From contig NC_083237.1 of NCBI RefSeq assembly GCF_032191835.1, forward strand, positions 22,816,001-22,880,000: a stretch of DNA of 64,000 nucleotides, given 5' to 3'. Positions 1 through 10,100 of the stretch are shown here, in pieces; positions within the stretch are counted from its first letter, which is position 1; each line of letters starts with the position of its first letter. Below the pieces are notes generated by a model. It worked only from the letters and a program-made list of their open reading frames with translations. It was not told the DNA's origin and ran no database searches. The stretch comes from Heteronotia binoei. Lineage: Eukaryota. A program made the translations under genes and the position numbers.

Positions 1-125
1 CTCTCAGCCCCACCCACCTCACAGGGTGTCTGTTGTGGGGGTAGGGGGGAGAAGGTAAAGGAGATTGTGACCACTCTGAGATTCAGAGTATAGGGCAGGG
101 TATAAATCCAATATCATAATCAGAT
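1..125 (+). mobile_element. Squam3-like tRNA-derived SINE, 3' half
   Basis: ctctcagccccacccacctcacagggtgtctgttgtgggg...gggtataaatcc, shared with about 10 copies in the window. Confidence 0.75.
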
Positions 126-208
126 TCTTCTTGGCCGGCCTAAGCAGGATTTTTGCTTGGGAGAAGATGGTTATGCTCCTCTTCTCTGCTGTCTCTCCCC
201 TTCCCCAG

Positions 209-337
209 ATGTTCAATGCCATCACAGCCATGGTGCTTCGGACCAAACGGGAAAACCTGGCACGACTCCAACAGCAAAACGAGGTTGTCAAAATCAACAA
301 GCCCAAGAAGAAACCGTCTGTCAAGAAATGCTGCTGA
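209..337 (+). CDS. Terminal coding exon of a RAB35-like small GTPase (upstream exons lie outside the window)
   Basis: Acceptor ccccag at 203-208, then MFNAITAMVLRTKRENLARLQQQNEVVKINKPKKKPSVKKCC*. This resembles the RAB35 C-terminus (MFNCITELVLRAKKDNLAKQQQQQQNDVVKL...KRKKRCC), with a polybasic tract and CC prenylation motif. AATAAA at 1423-1428. Confidence 0.85.
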   Translation: MFNAITAMVLRTKRENLARLQQQNEVVKINKPKKKPSVKKCC

Positions 338-1729
338 AATTGGGTGGGGACTTCTGTCTTCTAACCCCCCACTCCAAATTCCAAAAAAGGACTGGGCACT
401 GTGCGTAGGGGATGGGGGCAGTAAAAATGTTCATGTGGGGAGGCAGTGGGTTTTGGATGGGAGGGATATGGAAGAGAATCACAGCCCCCTCTCCGCGGTT
501 ACTGGGATGGAAGAGTCACATAATACTGAAATTCTTCCTCGCTGCTGGAAGATGTCTTAAAAGAAACAGGGCAGTGGCAGATTGAGAAATATGAAAAGAT
601 TCTGCTGAAACAAACAGGACACTTTGCTACAAGGTGTAATGAAGAGAACAGGCTTTTCTAAACCTCTGTGGTGTTGCCCTTAAACTCTCCCCCCTTTATT
701 TTACACCCCCCACCCTGCCCCCTCGTTCAATCACTAAGAATAAAACAAGGTGGACCTTAGAGAACTGTTCTCTGCTTTATAGGCTCACGTGTGGTTAATG
801 AGGCATAAAAGTAAAGAAAATCTATGGAAGGAGTCGGAACATTTCACACAGCAATTGTGGGCATTTCTCCCCTTTGGTTGCTCAGTTGATATATGGGATG
901 GGATGTGTGTCAGAAGCTTCCCCTCCTCTTGGTTCGTGAGACAGAATCGTTCATCTCTTCCTCAGTCCCCCACAATACCCCTGGACATTTAGGAGAAAAG
1001 CGATGACTGTTAATGACCAAGTAAGATTTGGGCTGAACAAGCATTTTCTTTGCCAGCCTTTCTGCTTACAGGCTTCACCTGTGGGTGCCAAGTGGTCACG
1101 TTGGCTTTTTCCTCCCCCACCCCAAATTTAACAGTGCATGGGGCTCATCTCAGCTGGAAGGAGCGGATGGCTGGGTGCTGCAGTTTTCCACCTCGCAGCC
1201 ACCAAGCTGCATGGGCGTGATGGAGTTTCAGCCTCGTGTCTCCCCCCTTCCCAAGCCCCAGTCATTCATTTTTTTTTTGAGGGGGGGAGGGCTCCTCTGT
1301 GCAATACGTTTTGCTTCTTGAATTATTTTATATACACATAAATGAATATGTATAGAATTAAAACTTTTTTGTTTTAACCCACTGCTAACGGCATTAAACT
1401 TGGTAAGGAGACACCACTATTCAATAAAGGAACATTTAGATATGAAACAGACTCAGATTGTTTTATTTCCCTGAAGACAGGTTATCCCTCTTGAGGTGTG
1501 CTGCCAGTGAGGAGATTCGCTCTGGGAATGGGGTTAAAAGGCTGTTTTTATTGTTTGTCTAGTTGCTGGATCTCAGCCTAACCAAGGTGGGTAAGGAAAA
1601 GGATAAAAGATGAAAGATGACCCACCTTGAGCTCCCTAGAGGAAGGGCAGTGTAACAAATGGGGTGTGGGGGTTGCACAGTCAGTTCCAAGCACCTTTGG
1701 GCACCCGCTTGTCAATGACCGGCCCTAGT

Positions 1730-1880
1730 AGCTGAACCTCATCAGAGCTTGGTACTTGGGACAGGAGGCTGCCAAGGAAGACAATGGGAAAGCACCACCT
1801 CCGAGCTCTTGCCTTGAAAACCCCCATGAGGAGGGATTTCATAGGGTCGCCAATGGCAACTCAGTGGCACACCTTAGATT
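1730..1880 (+). mobile_element. Degenerate 5S-Sauria-like SINE
   Basis: ggtacttggga...ccaaggaagac...accacctc...gccttgaaaacccc, matches other copies. Confidence 0.5.
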
Positions 1881-2123
1881 CCTATCGGGAAAAACAACAA
1901 TTTGTACAGTTGTCCACAACTGACATCTGGAAGAGGATCCAACTATTGCAGTTTACGTTTTTTTTTCCTATTGCAGTCTACTTGAAAACATTCAGTATTG
2001 CTAAATTGGAATAAAATGTTTGTGGCAAAACATATAAGGCTAGATAAATAGTGGCATTTGCTGAACATCTTGAGGGGCCAGCCAGTAAGAAATCAGTGTG
2101 CTGCTACAAAGAGGGAAGGAAGC

Positions 2124-5100
2124 TCATATTTCCATTTCTTCTTGTATCACCCCTACTTCCTGCTGAAGTTGTACAGAAGCGCCCAAAGAAGATGGGGTAG
2201 CCATCAGTGTCCGGATGGTGGGTAGCACGGAGTTTCCAGGAGGACTCCATAAGACAACTTCTGTGCAAGGGTTCCTTTGAGAAGGAGGGAAGGCAGTGGT
2301 TATTGATAAACAATTATTCTAGATCAGGGGTCCCCAACCCCCAGGCTCCAGACCAGTACCGGTTTGTGGCCTGTTTCTAAGTGGGCCATGCAGCCGCCCG
2401 CTTCCCCCCCCCCCCAACGTGCAGCCTCGTCCCCCGTTTATACCACTTTAAAGCTGGGGAGGGTGCCATGAAGCGCTTTCTAGGCTGGCCTCCCCCACCC
2501 CCTGCTGATCAGCTGATCCAATCAGCGGGGGGGGGGGGGACCACAGCAGGGGTGTGAGCAACTGCTGAAACAGCCATGCTGCAGTAGTTTTCCCAGCCTA
2601 TTAGATCAGCTGATTGGCAGCAGGGGTCAGTTGGTCTGGAAGGCGCTTCACCTTAAAGTGGTAAAGTGGCCTTAAAGTGGTAAAAACAGGAGGCGTTGAG
2701 GCTGCGCAGGGGCAGCGGCAGAGGAGGGAGGAGGCGCTGATCCCTGGGATAAAAAAGGTTGGGGGCCTCTTCTAGATGGTCTTCCTTTCCCATATCCAAT
2801 GTTGTACTTACAGAGAGAGCAATACCTCTCCAGGTATAAGGCTGACCCCTCCAAGTGACCCTTGGAAAACGGAAGGAAGCGTTAATAGGGGGCAGTCTGG
2901 CATAATGAATTCCCCATCCACAACGACGTCACCCCATTGGTTTTCCTCTTCCGTTGAACCGGCTTCTCCATTTACACTATCGGAGGACAGCCTGGAAGAC
3001 AGCAAGGCCACAAACTCAAGCATTGTTATTCACATCCCCTGATTATGTCCTAAAGTACGAAGCTGCAGTAATCTCTTCTACCTGCGCTGCAGTTCTTTCA
3101 GTCGTGCATAGGCCTGCTGCCACTTGGGGTTGTCCTCTTGGACTGGGAAGCCATTGGAACTGTACATGTGATCATTGTCCAGGCTGAGGGAGTTAAAGCG
3201 GGCAGCCATCTTGTCCTCTGAGAGGAATTGCTTAGAACTGGGCTCCCTGTTGAGGCAGGAAGAGAGAGAGGGCAACTGACAAAAAATATGGTAAATTTAT
3301 TACTCAGCACTACAGACAGCCCATCACATTTCAACACGTTACCACAAAATGAAGGATTCCACAGTACTGTATGGCAGATTATACTACGGGTGCTGAATTG
3401 TGCCATATTAAGCTGGGCAGAGAGATTTCAATATACTCAGCAGTATCTGAGAAAAGATACATGCCCTCCATTCCCATGAAGTAGAGTTCACAGCAACCCA
3501 GTGAATATGAGAGAATATGATGACACTGGATTTATACCCTGCCCTTCACTCTGAATCTCAGAAGGGCTTACAATCTCGTTTACCTTCCACCCCCACAACA
3601 GACACCCTGTGAGGTAGGTGAGGCTGAGAGAGCCTTCTGAGTTAAATACACATGTAAAGATGTCTTTAGAGAATGGCATTTTGTTCTCAGTGCACTAACT
3701 TTTACAGAATTGTCAAGACTGAGCACATATTAGGAAAACAGTAACATCTAATTCCAGAGGAAGTCACATTATACTTTGCCATCAAAAGCGCCACTGGAAA
3801 GTAAGATACAAATCATGCAGTTCCAACTTGGGTACACAATGAAATAAAATTATGAAGGCCCAGGAGGCCCATTCCTTTTATGAAGCTCCCATCATGCACT
3901 GCACTGACTCACATATTTGTCCTTCAATTTCCCTGACACTTACTGGTCTCTGTTCTCCAGGTGCCGTTTGAAAGCAAGGGATGCAGGCCGGCAGCTAAAA
4001 CAAGAGGTTCAGAGTTATATTTGAGGGCCAAAAATGCCACATCCTTGTTACTTTGGTCCACCAGTGTAAGTTTCAGTCAGAACTGTCAGGTTCCCCAAGC
4101 AATAGCAGCCATTCTAGGCCTTTTCAGCAGGTTACCACAATTCCCCCCCCCCCTTTCCCACAGCACGTTTTTATTACACTTCACAATTTATCAGAAGATG
4201 TTCAGTTGTGTCTCCTTTAACTTCAATCTCTTGTTTTCAGGGCTATTCAGCCAGCTAAGTGTGAAATGCCAAGGGCTGCAGGTTTTTTCCTTCAGGGTCA
4301 TTTTGGAAGCACAAAAGATGATCTGTGAATAATGGCACCCCCACTCTCTCCCTCCCCCCTCCCTCATTCCCTTCCAACTTTTCCCAACAAAAATCATACC
4401 CAAGTGAAAAGCTTTTCTCACCGGGACCGCTGTATACCAATGGCATTCATCAGCACTTGATTTTGCCGCATCCGTGGCATTCTGCGTGGCACTTCCTGTT
4501 GCCACTCAAGGGCTCTGCTCTGGCTCCAGCTCGCAGTTTGACTTAGAAGGGAGCAGGGCAAGGGCTGGCTGGAAGGAAGCACCACGGGTGGCTGCTGGCA
4601 GGCTGTGGGATCCATCTATAGGGGGAAATACAAAAGAGTGTTAAGCTGATGCTCCTCTCCAACACAAGGCCCAACTGTGATTCACTTGGCTATGCTGAGC
4701 ATGAAGATAGCTTTGCTGGGTGAAGGTTTACTAATCACAGTATGTTTGAAGGTTACCTTAAAGATGGCTCAGGGAGTCTCAGCCAGTGTTATAAGCCAAT
4801 GGAGATGACTTCAGTTATCGTTTTCCAGTGCCAGGGAGTCCTTTCTACATTGACCGATCTGCAGAGGAGCCCCTAACACATTTGCCATAGAACCCCTGTG
4901 TGCCTGAGAGGATTCAGGGAAGGGAACCCACCTGGTATCCAGCTGCTTCCTGTGAACTATGAGGACAACTTATTCTACAGCTGCACACTTTTCGGAGGGA
5001 GGGGAGTTGCCTTTTAATGAACATATTGTCGTTACATATCTTTTTATTAAGTCATTTCACACAACTTTTGCCCAAAAACCACTGCATTGGAGCACTGGCT

Positions 5101-5650
5101 TCTTGTTTTTGGCACAATCTCAGGGGCTGCCTGAGCTGGGTTATTTGAGAGAAGGTCTCGTCTCCTATGATGATCTCTACCCATCAACTGAGAAAAGCTA
5201 TGGGGTTGCCAAGTCTGAACAGAGAGCACAAACTGTTCCTCCTTTCCCAACAAACACCCCAGAAAATGTTTATTTAAAATATCAAGTCCCTGCTCTTGCT
5301 ACTGTCCAAAGCAACTTATTATCATAGGGAGGCCCCACTGTATGTAACTAGGGTAGTCATGCTATGAGGCAAGGTTAAACCACTGCTTTTTGTCCCTCAC
5401 AATGTAATAAGAGCCAAGATAACTCCCATGATCCTTAGCACCTGCCAAGTCAATTCAGGCTAAAACAATCTGCCTTGACCTGAATTCCACCTTGCCTAAG
5501 CCAGGACACCTCCCCATATAATGCCAAGGATAGAAGAGGGACCCCAGCAAGCTCTGCGCCTGCGGGTGGCTACTTAAGGCCTCTCCCATGATGCCTTGCA
5601 GCACTCACGCCCAAGCCAACAGGCTCCCGACACGCTTTGCGTCCAGCCAT
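2124..5650 (-). CDS. HCFC1R1: HCFC1R1 / HPIP (host cell factor C1 regulator 1), long form
   Basis: Exons (minus): 5650-5609 (probable; MAGRKACREPVGLG, good Kozak, gtgagt donor), 4615-4422, 3994-3944, 3246-3082, 2991-2812, 2274-2124. All are GT-AG and in phase. Contains KRHLENRDQEPSSKQFLSEDKMAARFNSLSLDNDHMY (human KRRLEEEQEPLRKQFLSEENMATHFSQLSLHNDHPY) with the HCF-binding motif DHxY, and NPCTEVVLWSPPG (human SPCSELLLWRYPG). Ends EEMEI*. Head-to-head with THOC6 as in human. 246 aa from 4615, 260 aa from 5650. Confidence 0.9.
2325..2769. mobile_element. hAT (Charlie-like) non-autonomous element in the last intron of HCFC1R1
   Basis: Ends caggggtccccaacc / ggttgggggcctc; perfect 8-bp TSD ttctagat at 2317-2324 and 2770-2777. 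Confidence 0.8.
3520..3635 (-). mobile_element. Squam3-like SINE fragment
   Basis: Reverse complement of the SINE 3' part. Confidence 0.7.
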
Positions 5651-6135
5651 TGCCCTAAGGGCGGGTCTCCCGTACAGGAAAGGGCGGGGACATCCTTGAA
5701 GGGGGCTGGGCTCCCCACTAAACCTTTCCACGTGCGCGCGGTTGCGTAGGGAACGCGACGCCAGTTACGGTCAGTGAAAAACGTCCGCGGACGGGCTTTA
5801 GAACGAGGGGATCGAAGTACAATCTGAGCATGCGCACAAAGAATGGGAGGGGGATTTCCTCCTCCATTACCGTCGAGAGATAATTTCTTACGCCTCTTGC
5901 CTATCGTGTTAGCTCTTAGATTCTTTCTTCTACCGAAGGCGAAGAAACCCCGGATTGTGAATGCAACGGTCCCTTGTCACGTGACGCTGGGCGGCACAAG
6001 GTGTGCCGGGAAATGTTGTCCCCTTTCCTTTTGGGAACGTTGCTATGCCGGTGCTGCTAATCCCGTCATGCCGTGCGCTACCCAGTAGTCCTCATGACCG
6101 GAAGCCCCTGAGGCTCTTGGGTGTTGTAGTCATTT
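5560..6135. promoter_or_regulatory. CpG-rich bidirectional promoter HCFC1R1/THOC6
   Basis: High CpG density between divergent genes. GC boxes near 5659 and 5682, E-box CACGTG 5729-5734, NRF1-like GCATGCGCA near 5828-5836, palindrome GTCACGTGAC 5976-5985, ETS CCGGAAG near 6098-6104, ZNF143/THAP11-like motifs (minus) near 6002-6022 and 6113-6131. Confidence 0.8.
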
Positions 6136-7151
6136 AAGGCACTGGATTTGGGACCATGATAAGGATAGTCCTCGATGAGAAAACTAGGACTTGGTTTGGA
6201 ATATGATAGAAATGGATACTCCAGCAATATAGTGCAGCCAGCCAAAGAATTCTAGGCAGCTAGTTGCATTTATTTCTAATGGGGTTGCTGGTGCTGGAAA
6301 TGTCCCGCTTCCTCTTTTTAGCAAAACGCTGGCTCTACTTTAAAGATACCTCGAGTCTCTAAAAATTCAATCTCTGAGAGATTCAGGGTTCTAGTACACT
6401 TGGCATATAAATACGGGCACAGCTTTTATCTTCTCCTATTAACTGCTTATCTATTTATTAATGGTGAGTGCTAAGAGCTGTGGTTACGGATTTATTGTTG
6501 TAAGATTAAAATTCTGTTATGCATTCTGAAAGCAATCTGATATGGTAAGATTAACGTAAAGCAGGCAGAAAGGAACCTTTAGAAATGCCTAAGTGGAACA
6601 GTTCAGGCAGCAATAGTTCGTAAATGCAGGAAATTATGTGGCTACCATCTCTTCCCTCCTCTCCTGAGCCTTTGACATCAGAACGAGAGGCAGAAATGCA
6701 GCTAGCACTGCCATCCCCTTTTGCATCAGGGGAGCCACCAAGCTGAATTGTGACCAGTGATACAGAGCAGAGGAAAATTCCAGGATGTGCTTTATACCTT
6801 CAAGTCAAATTCATCCTGCAATGTGTTTCTTCTTTCTATAGCCTGCAATTGTTGTATATACAGCATAGTCTGCAGATTGGTGGTTATTCATATAGCTCTT
6901 TAAAAGAATAGATGCCCTTGCCAAGGAACCAGAGGGGACAACTCTGTCTTTTCTGTGCCTGCTGGATGTTACCCAACATGCAGTGTAGTTAGCAGTGCCA
7001 ATCTGGAGGAAATCCAAATTCATCCCCTGATTAATCGCAACATATATTTTGCTTGTGCCAAGTTGAAAATTCCCCCTTGAGACTAAAAAACCTGGCCTAA
7101 TTCAGCAAGGCTAATCTTGGCATCACTCCCTCTCTTTGCTCCTCTCACCAG

Positions 7152-10100
7152 ATGGATATTCAGCGGTCCCTCGAGCTCCTGCATATGACTGTCTATTCTC
7201 AGAGCATCTCTCCTTGTGGCAAATATTTAGCAGCTGGAAACAACTTTGGGGAGATAGGCATATTCAGGTAATCCACAGGCCTCTGTTAAGATGGTCACGT
7301 GATGGTATTGCTTTGCTCTGCTCTGCTAAGTCCTCACCTGGAGTATTGTGTTTTTTTGGGCACCACATTTTAAGAAGGATATAGACAAGCTGGAATGGGT
7401 CCAAAGGGGGGCAACAAAGATAGTGAGGGGTCTGGAGACTAAGTCCTATGAAGAAAGGTTGAAGGAGCTGGACATGTTTAGCCTGGAGAGGTAGCAGCTG
7501 AGAGGTGATATGATTACCATTTCCAAATAAGAGGGGCTGTCATATAGAGGATGGTGAGGAATTGTTTTCTGTCACTGTAGAAAGTAGGACCAGAACCAAC
7601 AGGTTGAAATTAAATCAGAAGAGCTTCTGGCTCGACATTAGGAGGAACGTCTTGACAGAGCATTTCCTCAGTGGAACAGGCTTCCTCAGGAGGTAATGCT
7701 TTTCCTTCCTTGGAGGTTTTTAAACAGGGTAGATGGCCATCTGACTGCAATTCTGATCCTGTGGATTTAGGGTGAGGTATTTGCAGATTTCCTGCATTGT
7801 GCAGGGGGTTGGACTAGATGACCCTGGAAGTCCCTTCCAACTCTTAGGACTCTATGAAGACTCAACCTCTTCTGTTTCTACAGCACCCCTTTCCTGGTTT
7901 TCTTACATCTCACCTTTCTTCCCATTCAGCCTCTCATCAGCACTGAGTTCAGAGGCCAAGGAAGAGAGCAAGAAGCCAGTGGTATGCTTTACGGGTAGGT
8001 CACTCATCAGGTGACATGCAGAGAGCTCCCAGGATACATAGCATTTGCCCATCCCAACCTGTCTACTTGCTTGACTGCCCCTGGGAACTCCACTAAAGCT
8101 TTCTAGCTTGAGTAACCCTAACTAGCTGAATCTCGTCAAAGTTTGGATGCTAAGCAGAGCTGGCCATGATTAGTACTTGGATGAGCCACCAAGGAAGACC
8201 GTGGTTGCTGTGCAGAGGAAGGCAATAGCAAACCACCTCTGTTCATCTCTTGCCTTGAAAACCCCATGACCCTGGGGACACAATGAGTTGGTTGCAACTT
8301 ACAGTCCCAAAGTCAATTAGGAGAGATGAAAAAAATATGTCAAAACAGATGTTCCTAAACTGAACTGTGCTCAGTGATGTTAAACTGTGGATCTCCCGGA
8401 TGCACTTCACCTCCCATGCTAAATCTGACCTTGAAACATAGATGCTTCTTCCCACAGCCCATGATGGTCCCATCTATGCCATGGTCTCCACAGACCGGCA
8501 GCTGTTGAGCGCTGGTAATGGTGAAGTCAAGGCCTGGAACTGGAGTGAGATTGTGAAGAAGGTAAGAAGAGGAAGAGATTGGGTTTATATCCCACCCTTC
8601 ACTGCCCGAAGGAGTCTCAGATCGGCCTACAATCTCCTTCCCCTCCCCACAACAGACACCCTGTGAGCTCTGACAGAAACTGCTCTTGAGAGGAACAGCT
8701 CTGTGAGAACTCAAGGTCACATCAGCAGGTTCATGTGGAGGAGGGGGGAATCAAGAGTCTGTTCACTTAACCATGACACCAAACTGGCTTAAGTGTTTCT
8801 TAACCCTGCTGCCCCTTTCGCTGCCTGCCTCTTTTCTTCTGTGGTGTTAATTCCTGTTTGTCTTGTCCTCTAGGGCTGCAAGGAAGCCTGGAGCAGGAGG
8901 CCACCTTACGGGTAGAGCTCCGTCTTCTTTCATTTGCATCCCGACTCTCTTTCTCGCACACATAGATACAGATGCAAAGTTCTGTTTTCTGCTTTTCTCC
9001 CCAGGAACAGCCTGGAGGTGCCAGAAATCAACAGCCTTCAGCTTAACCTCAAGGTATGCTCACAGCGCAGTATGGAGGGACAGCTTGGTCACTGCTCAGT
9101 TGTTTGGTGCTGACAATCACTGTTTCCCCCCTTCCTCCAGGATAATAGTCTTCTAATGGCTGGGGGAGACTGTGCTATCCACATGATGGATTTGGAGTCC
9201 GGAGCCTTTACTGTGAGTCCTTGGCAGGAGTGGGGTGGGATCAGGGTTTGTGTATCCTGTACTGAATGCTGTCCCTGCAGTCGTTCTGAGCTCAAGGGGC
9301 TCGTGCTCACCACTTTCTACTTGAATTAATCCGAAATGGAATAAATGCCTCTAACCCCAAGACTGTCTCCTCCCCCTGGATTTTTTTGCCAGTTGGTTTC
9401 TGAGGTTTTAGTGCACATGCAGAATGGAGGGATTTCTGTAGGCAGTTTCTTAGAGGGATTAATAATCTCCACAAAGCTGATCTTCCTATGCATCAGTGTT
9501 GAGAAAGCTCTGTTCTAATAGAATGATTCCGGCATACGTTATTTCCATGTGCAGAGATGTTATCTCTGGCCACTGGATGCTAGGAACTAAGAATATTGAA
9601 GGAGTGGATCCTCTTCTTCTGTATGTGACCCCTTCTCCCATCCGTGGCAGATGTCTCTTCGCTTGGTTTGCTGTTCTGGGTGCTGATGCCAGAACGCTGA
9701 CCTGGCTAGGCTGGTTTCCTGATTCTGCTTGGTGAGTTTGGCATCATCTCCGCTTTCGTCTTGTCTCACAGTGTGAGTATCGGGGCCACACCGATTACAT
9801 CCACTGCTTGGCACTTCGGGATCAGCTTCGAGAGTGCCTGTCAGGGAGCGAGGATGGCACTGTGCGCCTTTGGGGTGAGGATCTGTGGCCTCCACGTTCT
9901 CTCATTTTTTCCCTCTTGCTCCTCCCTTTACATCTTTACATCTGTTTTTGTCGGTGGTGTGACTTAGTAACCACTTTGGGAGACCCTGTTCCATGTCCTG
10001 CCACTGAAGTAAGTTCAATCTGTGGTTGGTTGAGGCAGGGCCTTTTAAACAGTGGCCCCCTGCTTGGTCACGCCCGCCAGTATTTGACTTTGCAGGAGTT

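Noticed and set aside
6200-6760. Possible THOC6 first coding exon
   Set aside because: Candidate ATGs hit stops or lack an in-phase donor; donors near 6464 and 6544 could not be tied to a transcript.
9220-9760. Intronic snoRNA in THOC6
   Set aside because: No convincing C/D or H/ACA box arrangement seen by eye; a covariance-model search would be needed.
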